The position numbers and the translations under genes were made by a program. A stretch of DNA of 64,000 nt from positions 1 through 64,000 of the forward strand of contig CAZVZU010000008.1 of assembly GCA_964631685.1 (NCBI GenBank). The letters run 5' to 3'. Within the stretch, counting starts at the first letter, position 1, and each line of letters begins with the position of its first letter. Source of the DNA: an uncultured Actinomycetes bacterium (GTDB taxonomy: Bacteria > SZUA-79 > Acidulodesulfobacterales > Acidulodesulfobacteraceae). Positions 29,183-39,377 of the stretch are shown here, in pieces. The notes beneath the pieces were generated by a model. That model made no database searches. It worked only from the letters and a program-made list of their open reading frames with translations, and was not told the origin of the DNA.

Positions 29183-30919
29183 ATGAATACTAATGTCGGG
29201 AAGTGGGTCCCTGTTCTTCATTTTCATTTACCGTTTGTAAGGCACCCTGAGAGGCCTAAGTATTTAGAAGAAGAGTGGTATTTTGAAGCGGTTACAGAGA
29301 CATACTTACCCCTATTGGAGGCTTTCGAGAATCTTGAACGGGACGGCGTTGATTATCATCTGACTATGTCCTTAACCCCGACGCTTTTGAGTATGATGGA
29401 CGACGAGTTGCTGTCCGAGCGGTTAAACGAATATGTTAGACTTCGCTTAAAGGTGTTAGATCAGGAGGTATATCGGACGGAGGGTGACCCCGATTTTCAT
29501 CCGGTTACCCTTTTTTATAGGCAAAGATATAAAGATTGGCACGAAAGGATTAAAGATGGTGGAGGAAAGTATCTCATAAATGAATTCTTAAAGCATAGAA
29601 TGAGAGGGCATTTAGATATCATTACATCAGCTGCTACTCACGGATTTCTCATATCTATGGTTGGTGAACCGGAGGCCGTTGCCGCACAGATAGAGGTCGG
29701 GGTGGAAACGCATAAAAATATTCTAGGCGTGACCCCCACAGGGGTATGGCTTCCGGAGTGTGGCTATACTTCTGGATTTGATGCTATTCTTGAGCGGTAT
29801 GGTTTAAAATATACATTTTTAGATCGGCACGGAATAGAGTTGGCCGAGCCTGAACCGCCGGGTGGTTGTTTCACACCTATTATTTCCCCTTTTAATGTAG
29901 TGATGTTTGGCAGAGATCCTGAAAGCTCTAGGCAAGTATGGTCGTCTAAAGAGGGATACCCCGGAACGCCCATTTATCGTGAATTTTATAGGGATGTTGG
30001 TTTCGATTTAGACCTGCCTCATTTGACCCCATTAAGACACGGTGATATCAAGACATTTACCGGCCTAAAATACTATGCTATCACCGGCGACGGGGAATAT
30101 AAAGAGGCTTATAGGCCATCAGCCGCAAAAAGGAAGGCGTACGAACATGGCGAACAATTCGTTCAACATAGGGAACTTCAAGTACGCCACCTTAAAGATT
30201 GCATGAATGAACCGATCGTCGTTTCTATGTATGATGCCGAACTGTTTGGACATTGGTGGTTCGAAGGTCCGTGGTGGCTTGAGGCTGTCTTTAGAAAGAT
30301 GCATAAAAATGATTTAATAAAAACTGTTACAGCCAAGAATATTGCGGAATCCTTATTAGCAAAATATCACAGTATAGTAAATACGGGCAAGAAAGGTCAG
30401 GATAATAATAGTAAAAGTATGGGTTCTTCAATATTTTCTTTAAATGCTTACTATAAAGACAATAATATTTGGATTGCGGAGCCTGCAACATCGTCGTGGG
30501 GTGGTGGTGGCTACGCGGAGGTCTGGTTTAATGAAAAAAATGACATTATTCAGCTTTTTTTGTCGGATTTAGCGGCAGAGTTAGTGGATATTTGCACAAA
30601 CAGATATGATGAAGTAAAATACCGGGACGTTATTAATCAGGCGGCAAGGGAGCTTCTTTTGGCAGAGTCGAGCGATTGGCCGTTTTTGCTTACTACAGGA
30701 CAGGCCGTAAGTTATGCTGAAAGACGGGTCAAGGCTCACATCGTAAGGGCTAAAAGATGTATCTTAATGTCCACAGGAAAGGAACGATATGACGACGAGT
30801 GGTTTAGAGATATAGCATATAAAGACAATATATTTCCGTGGATAGACGCCAAAGCACTGTACGGTAAGAATGTTTGTCAGTCTAACAAGAAAATTATGGA
30901 GAAGCCTAAAATTAGATGA
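29183..30919 (+). CDS. GH57 1,4-alpha-glucan branching enzyme (DUF1957)
   Basis: LHFHLPFVRHP, EEEW..EA..ETYLP, WLPECGY, YDAELFGHWWFEGP, RELLLAESSDWPF. Confidence 0.92.
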   Translation: MNTNVGKWVPVLHFHLPFVRHPERPKYLEEEWYFEAVTETYLPLLEAFENLERDGVDYHLTMSLTPTLLSMMDDELLSERLNEYVRLRLKVLDQEVYRTEGDPDFHPVTLFYRQRYKDWHERIKDGGGKYLINEFLKHRMRGHLDIITSAATHGFLISMVGEPEAVAAQIEVGVETHKNILGVTPTGVWLPECGYTSGFDAILERYGLKYTFLDRHGIELAEPEPPGGCFTPIISPFNVVMFGRDPESSRQVWSSKEGYPGTPIYREFYRDVGFDLDLPHLTPLRHGDIKTFTGLKYYAITGDGEYKEAYRPSAAKRKAYEHGEQFVQHRELQVRHLKDCMNEPIVVSMYDAELFGHWWFEGPWWLEAVFRKMHKNDLIKTVTAKNIAESLLAKYHSIVNTGKKGQDNNSKSMGSSIFSLNAYYKDNNIWIAEPATSSWGGGGYAEVWFNEKNDIIQLFLSDLAAELVDICTNRYDEVKYRDVINQAARELLLAESSDWPFLLTTGQAVSYAERRVKAHIVRAKRCILMSTGKERYDDEWFRDIAYKDNIFPWIDAKALYGKNVCQSNKKIMEKPKIR

Positions 30920-32733
30920 ATCTGGTTTTGTGGTGGCATATGCATCAGCCTGACTATAGGGATTTGAACGGTGAGTTTATGCTGCCGTGGGTCTATCTCC
31001 ACGCCATAAAGGACTATATCGATATGCCGTTAAATATAATGGCGAATCCCGGCATGAAGGCCAACATAAATATTACCCCCATTTTAATAGAACAATGGCA
31101 GGATTATAATTTTTTATTGGGACGGGCATTAGGTGAGATTGATACAGCTAAGGCCGTTCAAATAATACCAGATCCGTTTTTAAGGCCTCTACTTCTGCAA
31201 AAGTTGGACGATAAAACAAAAACTGACATGCTAATTCACTATAAATGGGCTAATTATGAGAAAATGGTAAAACGTTTTGAGTATTACAAAAAACTTTTCG
31301 ATATAATATCGGAAGATTTTAATATGTTTTATCTCAACGATTCTTATTATTTTGATTTATGCGTCTGGTTTCATCTTGCTTGGTGCGGAGAATGGATGAA
31401 GAGATATGATCCTGTAATTGGTTATTTTTTAAAGAAGGGTCGTAATTTTACGATAGATGATAGGCGCTTGCTTCTTGAAAGATTATCCGAATGGATGAAG
31501 TATGGTCTGACTTTATATGGATTTCCTGCTGTCAAAGGTAAAAGTAATCCCCCTCTGTCTCCAAGATATCCAAGTTTTATAGCAAAAAAGAAATTAGGCG
31601 AATTAAATAGAAAAGAAAAAGGGGAATATAGGGTAACGCTTTCCCCGCATTATCATCCGATTATTCCGCTCCTTATTGATATTCATGGGGGCGCCGTTTC
31701 CGCCCAGATGACGAACATAGATTATAAACCTGTTAATGTTTCAGAATATCCTAGGGGGGTAGACGGCGCCAAAAAACATCTTGATATATTAAACAATTAT
31801 CGGTCAGAGTTAAACAAAAACATTAATGTATTATGGCCGCCTGAGGGGGCATTGTCTTCGCAGGCACTTGATCTTTTTGATGAATACGGCATATGTGTTT
31901 GTGCAAGCGGAGAAGAGCTTCTTTCCTTGTCTTCCGGTATGGATGTGCATAAACCGGTTTCTATTCAAGGAAGAAATGCTGTACCGTTGTATAGGGTTTA
32001 TAAATGGAAGAATACGAGCCTTAAAATAATTTTTAGGGATTCTATGCTGTCTGATTTAATAGGGTTTACTTATGCCGAATGGAGAGGAGATGATGCAGCG
32101 GCCGACTTGATAGGCAGGCTGAGTTCGGTGGACGACTTCGATAAAGATGCGGTTGTGGCAGTCATATTAGATGGTGAGAATGCTTGGGAATATTACCATG
32201 AAAACGGTTTTTATTTTTTAAATGATTTATATTCTCTGGTATCGGCCCATGTAAAAATTAATCCACTATTTCTAGAAGACATTGATAAAAATTATGATGA
32301 GAGTAATTGCATCAAGCTTGACTACGTTTATTCGGGTTCCTGGGTGAAAGGAAATTTAGGCATGTGGGTCGGAGAGGAGCAAAAAAACAAGGCATGGGTC
32401 ATGTTACGCCGTGTGAAAGAAGAATTTTTAAACTGGGTTGATGTCTTAATGCTTGATGATAAAAATGCGAACAATAAGTCGATTAAGACAAAAATAGACC
32501 TTGCGTTAAAACAGCTTATGGCGGCGGAGGGATCAGACTGGTTTTGGTGGTTGGGAAAGGATAGCCCTATTTTTTCCCAGTTCTCTATGGAAAAGATTTT
32601 CAGAAACTTTTTAAAAAATACCTATATCTTAATGGATAAGAGCGTGCCGGACTATCTTTTTCAAACCCTTATTTCCACTAAAAAAACCAATGTGGAGATG
32701 GGCGGAATGATGCAGCGCGGGCATGAGAAGTAA
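30916..32733 (+). CDS. GH57 glycoside hydrolase (amylopullulanase-like)
   Basis: WHMHQP, PWVYLHAIKDY, HPIIPLL, WPPEGALS, LSDLIGF, ILDGENAWEYY, AEGSDWFWW. Confidence 0.9.
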   Translation: MNLVLWWHMHQPDYRDLNGEFMLPWVYLHAIKDYIDMPLNIMANPGMKANINITPILIEQWQDYNFLLGRALGEIDTAKAVQIIPDPFLRPLLLQKLDDKTKTDMLIHYKWANYEKMVKRFEYYKKLFDIISEDFNMFYLNDSYYFDLCVWFHLAWCGEWMKRYDPVIGYFLKKGRNFTIDDRRLLLERLSEWMKYGLTLYGFPAVKGKSNPPLSPRYPSFIAKKKLGELNRKEKGEYRVTLSPHYHPIIPLLIDIHGGAVSAQMTNIDYKPVNVSEYPRGVDGAKKHLDILNNYRSELNKNINVLWPPEGALSSQALDLFDEYGICVCASGEELLSLSSGMDVHKPVSIQGRNAVPLYRVYKWKNTSLKIIFRDSMLSDLIGFTYAEWRGDDAAADLIGRLSSVDDFDKDAVVAVILDGENAWEYYHENGFYFLNDLYSLVSAHVKINPLFLEDIDKNYDESNCIKLDYVYSGSWVKGNLGMWVGEEQKNKAWVMLRRVKEEFLNWVDVLMLDDKNANNKSIKTKIDLALKQLMAAEGSDWFWWLGKDSPIFSQFSMEKIFRNFLKNTYILMDKSVPDYLFQTLISTKKTNVEMGGMMQRGHEK

Positions 32734-32739
32734 CTTGCT

Positions 32740-34857
32740 ATGACTAATTTTATTCTAGGCTTCCATTGTCATCAACCCATTGGAAATTTTGATTCTGTCT
32801 TTAAAGATGTTCACGAAAAATCTTACAGTCTGCTTATCAGGACACTTTCGGCATCAAATATAAAGTTTTGTTTTCATGCATCCGGGGTATTACTCGAGTG
32901 GTGGACAAAAAATGACCCTGAATTCATAGATATAATAGCAAAAGGGGTGAAATCAGGTCAAATAGAGCTAATTGGAGGTGGGTATTATGAACCCGTACTT
33001 GCTTCTATACCGAAAAGAGATAGATTGTCCCAACTTAAAATGCTTAATGAAAGTTTATACGAGTTGTTTGGAAAATACCCTAAGGGGGTGTGGATTACCG
33101 AAAGGATATGGCAGCCGGATATAATCTGTGATATAAGGGATGCGGGTTTAAACTATACTTTTCTTGATGATTTTCAGTTTTTTCAAGCAGGCATTTCTGG
33201 TGACGATATAGACAATATTTTTAGAACGGAATATGACGGAACATATTTAGATATTTTTCCGATACATGAAAGATTGAGGTATAAAATCCCCTTTGCCGAA
33301 TCGGACGAATCATTAAATGAAATTGCATATTTAAACGGACGGAATTCAAACCTTTCGGTGATGTTTGACGATGGGGAAAAAATGGGGGCATGGCCGGATA
33401 CATATCAGTGGGTTTACGGTAAAGATGGTAGCGAAGGATGGTTGAGAAATTTTATAAATTCAGCAAACATTAATTTTTCGCAGATAAAATTTGAACTTCC
33501 TTCAGATATTCTAAATAAAACACACAGGAGAATTCCCGTATATTTGCCTATCTCAAGCTACAGAGAGATGGGAGAGTGGACATTGCCCATAGAAAAAAGG
33601 CGTAACTATGAGGCTATAAAACAGGACAATTCTGCGATGTCATTAGGTGAGGGTATATGGCATAATTTTCTAACAAGATATCCCGAAGCAAATTTGCTCC
33701 ATAAAAGAATGATGTACTTGAGCCGCAAAATTCATTGTGCCGTTAAAAAAATATGCAGTAAAGACCTTGAAGAGGCGCTAAATGAGCTTTTAAAATCGCA
33801 GGCTAATGATGCGTACTGGCATGGTGTTTTTGGCGGGATTTACCTTCCCCATATAAGAAGGGCTGTCCATAAAGCGCTTATTTTATCGTACTTGCTGTAT
33901 AAGGAAAAGACTAAGTGCGGTACGGAAATAGAAAGTAAAGATTTTAACATGGACGGGGAGAATGAGATTCAAATATCCAATAAGTACTGGCTTGTCATAT
34001 ATAAACCTTCTGCCGGTTCTTTTTTAGCATTAGACTATCTTGAAAGGGGCTTAGTCCATGCTCTGGGAGATGTTTTTTGTCTTCATAATGAGTATGATAT
34101 CTTAAAACTCAAGGAGGCCGGTTGTGACAAAGGTGATATTGAGGTTAATACCGATAACAACAATGGTAAAGATCATTATGAAAATCCGCCCCAAACGATT
34201 CACGGGAATGTAAAATATCTACCAGATCTATCGGAAAAAGACTTGATAATCTATCCGGATTTACTGCCGGCGTTTGAAATAAAATTTAACGGAAGTCAGC
34301 TATATTTTAAAAATGAGTATATTGAAAAAAATATGGACGCCGTCACACTTAAGTCGTTAGGTTTTATAAATATTGCAGATATGAGTGATAATATTTCTGC
34401 AAACCTGAATATGAAGATAAAGATGAATAGATATATAGGGTTTTTTGTGGATTTTTCTCCCATGATTGACGGAAATTTGGATATAATTATGCGGTTTGCG
34501 TTTCCAGGCGGTAACGGACCCGCCGTGAATATTAAAATAGGTGAAACCGTTAGGGGGCTGAGCGATTATTCTGAGGATGAATTAAATTTTAGCGATCTTA
34601 ATTTAGCGTGTCTTACTGATTCATTTTGGGGCGGAAGGGTCATGCTTAAGGTCAAAGCGCGTAGCAATTTCTCTAAAACTTATAATCTTATTTCTAAACC
34701 TTTGACTACAGTTTCTTTATCGGAAAGCGGATTTGAAAGAATTTTTCAGGGTATAGAGCTTAGATACAGCTTTAATTTGGTTGCGAAAGATGTTTTTAAT
34801 AGTATAATAGTAATGGATATAAGGAAGTTATATAAAAGATTAGGAATGGCCGAGTGA
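32740..34857 (+). CDS. GH57 4-alpha-glucanotransferase/alpha-amylase (DUF1925/DUF1926)
   Basis: HCHQPIGNF, GGGYYEP, WITERIW, DDGEKMGAWP, SYREMGEW, YWHGVFGGIYLPH, SESGFERIFQG. Confidence 0.92.
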   Translation: MTNFILGFHCHQPIGNFDSVFKDVHEKSYSLLIRTLSASNIKFCFHASGVLLEWWTKNDPEFIDIIAKGVKSGQIELIGGGYYEPVLASIPKRDRLSQLKMLNESLYELFGKYPKGVWITERIWQPDIICDIRDAGLNYTFLDDFQFFQAGISGDDIDNIFRTEYDGTYLDIFPIHERLRYKIPFAESDESLNEIAYLNGRNSNLSVMFDDGEKMGAWPDTYQWVYGKDGSEGWLRNFINSANINFSQIKFELPSDILNKTHRRIPVYLPISSYREMGEWTLPIEKRRNYEAIKQDNSAMSLGEGIWHNFLTRYPEANLLHKRMMYLSRKIHCAVKKICSKDLEEALNELLKSQANDAYWHGVFGGIYLPHIRRAVHKALILSYLLYKEKTKCGTEIESKDFNMDGENEIQISNKYWLVIYKPSAGSFLALDYLERGLVHALGDVFCLHNEYDILKLKEAGCDKGDIEVNTDNNNGKDHYENPPQTIHGNVKYLPDLSEKDLIIYPDLLPAFEIKFNGSQLYFKNEYIEKNMDAVTLKSLGFINIADMSDNISANLNMKIKMNRYIGFFVDFSPMIDGNLDIIMRFAFPGGNGPAVNIKIGETVRGLSDYSEDELNFSDLNLACLTDSFWGGRVMLKVKARSNFSKTYNLISKPLTTVSLSESGFERIFQGIELRYSFNLVAKDVFNSIIVMDIRKLYKRLGMAE

Positions 34858-34986
34858 CTAGGGTTTTCTGTCGGCTGTGAGTGCGTTTTTTCCGGAAAAA
34901 TATTTCAAGATATGTTAATGCTTCACGATTATACCTATAATTAATTTAATCCTCTTCTTTTGATTTAGAAGTATGAGATATAGGAA

Positions 34987-36576
34987 ATGAATGTTTTTAA
35001 TAACGAAGTATGGTTTGTAGGTGCGGAAATGGCACCCCTAGTAAAGGCAGGCGGGCTAGGCGACGTGATGGGCAGTCTGCCCAGGGTTATGCTAGAAGCT
35101 GGCATGCGCGTAAGGGTTGTTATACCGTATTACAAAAATATAATTCCACAAAATTTTATAAAGATTAAAAAAAGCTACCCTGCAGGAAAGACCTTTTTTG
35201 GAGAGATTCCTTTTGAATTCGGTATTAAGACGGGTGTTACGCGCAGCGGTATCCCCTTGGTACTAATTGAACAGGATCATTTTTTTAATCGACAAGAGGT
35301 TTACGGTCCCCACGGAGGGGTCCGTGGTTACAGGGATAATTTATGGCGCTTTGCCATGCTTGCGCATGGGGTTGCATATGCAATGAAAGTTTTGGGTAGT
35401 CCGCTAATAGTCCATACGCACGATTGGTCGGGCGGTTTTGTCCCCGCCGTTATAAAGCAAATATTCGGCGACAAAAAGGTTCAATTTTCCGGCGGTAATA
35501 TATTAGATTTGAGGGCGCATAACCGTGTTAATGCCGAAGGCTCAAGGCCTGCGGTGGTATTTACAATTCACAATCTTGGATATCAAGGGGTTTACGGGAT
35601 AGACGATTTTTTTGATATCGGATTAGATTTTATATACAACTCTTCCTCTGCTTACGAGCATTTCGGAACACTAAATAGCTTAAAAGGGGGCATGTTGCTC
35701 AGCGATACTGTTACGACCGTCAGCCCTGCATATGCCAGCGAGATAATGACCCCCCGCTTTGGGTTTGGGCTTGACGGTGAATTAAAAAATATGTATAACA
35801 GAGGCAGGCTAAAGGGTATACTTAATGGCATAGATTTAGATTATTGGAATCCGAAAACAGACAAATTCATTTACTATAATTTAAATTTAAGAGAAAGCGG
35901 CTATAAGCTGGTCAATTATAAAGAATGGAAAGATTTTAAGCTTAAAAATAGAAGAGGATTGTCTGCAGATGTTAACTTACCCGTAAAAATTGGGGAAAAC
36001 GGCAAACCTCTTCCTCTTTTGGGTGTTGTAAGCAGGCTTGCCGAAGAAAAAGGCATAGATCTTTTATTGGATAGCCTTTTTAATTGGCATGATTTCCCTT
36101 TTCAGGTTATTATATTAGGGAGCGGTAAAACTGACATCGAAAGCAAAGCGATGTCTCTATCGGGTGCTTATCGAGATAAGGTTTATGTCCAGGTCGGTAA
36201 ATATGATGAAACTATGGCGCATAAGATATATGCGGCATCAGATATTTTTGTTATGCCGTCAAGAACCGAGCCTTGCGGATTGTCGCAGATGATAGCGATG
36301 AGGTATGGCGCCGTCGTCTTAGCCGGAGATACTGGCGGCCTCCATGATACGGTTTCGGACGTGATGGATACAAGTGCTAAAGAACCGTCTGGTATCCTTA
36401 TTAAGTATTTGGACACGAACGCTGTTTCTTGGGCACTCAATGAATTGTATAATATCTACATGGATACGCATAGTGAAAATTGGAATAAATTGGTCATCAA
36501 TGCTGCCAATAAGCATTTTGGATGGGATACTTCAGTCAAGGCATATGAAAATATTTACTGCAATATTATTAAGTAG
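34987..36576 (+). CDS. glgA: Glycogen/starch synthase (GT5)
   Basis: KAGGLGDV, HTHDW, TIHNLGYQG, TVSPAYA, GILNGID, SRLAEEKG, MPSRTEPCGLSQM.AMRYG, TGGLHDTV. Confidence 0.93.
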   Translation: MNVFNNEVWFVGAEMAPLVKAGGLGDVMGSLPRVMLEAGMRVRVVIPYYKNIIPQNFIKIKKSYPAGKTFFGEIPFEFGIKTGVTRSGIPLVLIEQDHFFNRQEVYGPHGGVRGYRDNLWRFAMLAHGVAYAMKVLGSPLIVHTHDWSGGFVPAVIKQIFGDKKVQFSGGNILDLRAHNRVNAEGSRPAVVFTIHNLGYQGVYGIDDFFDIGLDFIYNSSSAYEHFGTLNSLKGGMLLSDTVTTVSPAYASEIMTPRFGFGLDGELKNMYNRGRLKGILNGIDLDYWNPKTDKFIYYNLNLRESGYKLVNYKEWKDFKLKNRRGLSADVNLPVKIGENGKPLPLLGVVSRLAEEKGIDLLLDSLFNWHDFPFQVIILGSGKTDIESKAMSLSGAYRDKVYVQVGKYDETMAHKIYAASDIFVMPSRTEPCGLSQMIAMRYGAVVLAGDTGGLHDTVSDVMDTSAKEPSGILIKYLDTNAVSWALNELYNIYMDTHSENWNKLVINAANKHFGWDTSVKAYENIYCNIIK

Positions 36577-36588
36577 GGTAATGTCGGA

Positions 36589-38001
36589 TTGAATCTACTA
36601 GCATATATTAAAATTGTTACGATAGCGTTATCGGTTCTTATTCTATTAGTACTGTCTGTAAAAAAGCCTGAGTTGAGTGATTTCTTTGAAAAAGCCGGAC
36701 TTTTCAGTATATTTATATTTGTTCTTTTTATACCAATTAGGGATGCTTTTGCCATTTTCGGCATGATTGGGACTATACTCTTCTTTATTGCGTATAAAAT
36801 AGCTAAGAGAGACAAAGTTGTCCTAAAAACAGGTTTTAATGTACCCATTTTAATATATGCGGGTATCGTAGTAGCATCATTGTTCTGGACATACAGTATT
36901 AATGATAGTATTGTACAAGCTGGTGAGGTAGTCTATTTTGTTTTATTCTTTTTTTCAGTGGTAGGTTTTTTGAAAACAAAAAAGAGGATAAACTTTATGG
37001 TCTATACCTTTACATGTTCAATAAGTATTGCAATAGTTTACGGTCTTTTTCAGGGTTTTTTTATAAACGCGATGCATTCGTCAAACAGATTGTCGGGGAC
37101 TATAGGCAATTGGACCAGCTTTCCGGTGCAGGTATCTTACGGTATGGTGGTTATAATAGCTTACTATCTTGTAAATTTTGAGAAACAGGGTGGCGGTAGA
37201 TACGGGGGTTCGGTTAAGAGGGCTACCTTGTCCGTGATATATACCGCGTTGTGGATTATTGTTACTGCGGGATTTTTAGATATCGTGTTATCGAAGGCAA
37301 GGTCCGCATGGATAGGCGTTATACCTGCAGTTTTTGTATTAATGTATTTGAAATCCAAAAAACTATTCTTGGTAGCATTGGTATTAATCTTGGTCTTGAA
37401 TATGGGATTTTTTTCCGTTTCCAAAACATTTAAAAATAGAATGCTTTCTATGTTTAATCCTAGAATTTATAAATTAGAATTGAAAAATCATGGTGATATT
37501 GAAAGTCATATTGCACTAATAGAGTCCGCATGGGCGGTATTTAATAAATTTCCACTGACAGGCGTGGGAATTGGAGCATTTTCCAAGTATTTTAATGAAC
37601 ATAAAGATGTACGCTTCCCGTGGTATCATAATCCCAAAACGGGTAAAGAAATTTATGATCTATACGATAATTGGCCGGAGAACGGTTACATGCAAACCTT
37701 AGCGGAGACGGGGATATTTAGCTTTATTGTTTTAATGTGGCTTTTTTATCTTGCGCTAAAGAAACCCCTTAAGCTTTTTTTAGGCACAGATGATAAATTT
37801 AAGCGAAAGATAGCTGCAATAACACTAGGCGTGAGCATCGTTTTTTATGGCTCTTTTATGGGGGTTGCCAATATGTCAAATGACGAGCTTGCCAATCTTT
37901 GGTTTTTTTTCTTAGCCTTATTTGCGGCGGCGAGTTTGTTGCCTTCTTCCATATCAAAAAAAAATATTCAGAATAAGGACAATGCTATCACAAAGAAATA
38001 A
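36589..38001 (+). CDS. O-antigen ligase (WaaL/Wzy_C) family membrane protein
   Basis: Many TMs, RLSGT, SKARSAWIG, FPLTGVGIGAF, EN.YMQTLAETGI. Confidence 0.8.
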   Translation: MNLLAYIKIVTIALSVLILLVLSVKKPELSDFFEKAGLFSIFIFVLFIPIRDAFAIFGMIGTILFFIAYKIAKRDKVVLKTGFNVPILIYAGIVVASLFWTYSINDSIVQAGEVVYFVLFFFSVVGFLKTKKRINFMVYTFTCSISIAIVYGLFQGFFINAMHSSNRLSGTIGNWTSFPVQVSYGMVVIIAYYLVNFEKQGGGRYGGSVKRATLSVIYTALWIIVTAGFLDIVLSKARSAWIGVIPAVFVLMYLKSKKLFLVALVLILVLNMGFFSVSKTFKNRMLSMFNPRIYKLELKNHGDIESHIALIESAWAVFNKFPLTGVGIGAFSKYFNEHKDVRFPWYHNPKTGKEIYDLYDNWPENGYMQTLAETGIFSFIVLMWLFYLALKKPLKLFLGTDDKFKRKIAAITLGVSIVFYGSFMGVANMSNDELANLWFFFLALFAAASLLPSSISKKNIQNKDNAITKK

Positions 38002-39376
38002 AATTATTGCGCAGTATTTATATATTTTAAGCCTTATTTTTATCTGCACCGGCTTTTTTATTGCGTTTGCAACCTATGATATGATGAGTCCTGCAATTAC
38101 AGGCCATAGGTTGTACGGTATTGCAGACTATATCTGGCTTTTGATCCCCGTAAGCATTATTTTTTACATTCTTCTTTTCGCGTTTCAAATGTACGCGAAC
38201 CTTAATATTAAGGATTTTAAGGCTGATGTTGTACAGTTTTTTGAAATAACGCTCATAACAGTCTTCCTGCTCTTTGCCATCTTATTTATGTTCAGAATAA
38301 CATATATTTCAAGGCTTTTTGTGGGATATTTTGCGGTTTATTCATTTTTATCGCTTATATTGGCGGATTTTATAGGGGGAAAATTTACCAAGGGACTTAA
38401 AAGACGCGGCTACTCCATGAGGAATATTCTTCTTGTGAACGGTAGCGCCGTCAATACAAGCGTAATAGGCAATGTTGGCATCAAGGAAACCATTAAATCT
38501 AAAGAATATCTTGGGATAAAATTGATCAAAGAAATAGATAAAGACGATTTGGGTAATCTGGAGAATTTTGTCCTAAATAATCCAATAGATGAGGTGATAT
38601 TTAATATTACAGGGGATGAGCTGGCTGATATAAAGGATATAGCACTCTTTCTGGAAGAAAAGGGCATAACGGTTAGAATATTGACTAATTTTGTTCCTTT
38701 TAAATATTCAAAGGTTTCTTTGGAAAGATTGGGCGATTATTCTTTTATCTCGTTTTATACATCTCCGGAGGACGATATAAGACTATTTACAAAAAGGATG
38801 GTTGATATATTCGGTTCTTTGGTCGCAATGATTGTATTTATGATACCGTCTATAGTTATAGCTATTTTGATTAAATTGACATCAAAAGGGCATGTCTTAT
38901 ATAAAAGCAAACGCGTTGGGAAAAACGGAAGACTTTTTACATTTTATAAGTTTAGAACAATGAATGTTGGCAGTGATGGGTTGCGGGAAAAGTTGTTGCG
39001 GGAACGCAGCAGGGATGGTATAGAAATAAAGCTTAAAGATGACCCGAGGTTAACGGCGATAGGGAAGTTTATGCGAAAAGCAAGCATTGACGAGCTTCCC
39101 CAGTTTTATAATGTTTTAAGGGGCGACATGAGTATTGTTGGTCCTCGTCCACCGATGCCCGACGAGGTTGTGAAATATTCGACAAAACAGAGGAGAAGAA
39201 TTTCTATGAAGCCCGGTATTACGTGCCTATGGCAGATTAGTGGGAGAAGCAGGCTTACGTTTGACGATAGAGTGAAATTAGACTTAAAATATATAGACAA
39301 TTGGTCGTTAAAACTTGATTTTATAATTATTTTAAAAACGGTGCCCGCCGTTTTGTTTGCAAAAGGGGCATTATAA
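37982..39376 (+). CDS. Undecaprenyl-phosphate sugar phosphotransferase (WcaJ/WbaP family)
   Basis: KRMVDI, YKFRTM, DDPRLT, SIDELPQF.NVL.GDMS.VGPRP, KPGITCLWQISGR, DLKYIDNWS. Confidence 0.92.
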   Translation: MLSQRNKIIAQYLYILSLIFICTGFFIAFATYDMMSPAITGHRLYGIADYIWLLIPVSIIFYILLFAFQMYANLNIKDFKADVVQFFEITLITVFLLFAILFMFRITYISRLFVGYFAVYSFLSLILADFIGGKFTKGLKRRGYSMRNILLVNGSAVNTSVIGNVGIKETIKSKEYLGIKLIKEIDKDDLGNLENFVLNNPIDEVIFNITGDELADIKDIALFLEEKGITVRILTNFVPFKYSKVSLERLGDYSFISFYTSPEDDIRLFTKRMVDIFGSLVAMIVFMIPSIVIAILIKLTSKGHVLYKSKRVGKNGRLFTFYKFRTMNVGSDGLREKLLRERSRDGIEIKLKDDPRLTAIGKFMRKASIDELPQFYNVLRGDMSIVGPRPPMPDEVVKYSTKQRRRISMKPGITCLWQISGRSRLTFDDRVKLDLKYIDNWSLKLDFIIILKTVPAVLFAKGAL

Positions 39377-39377
39377 A

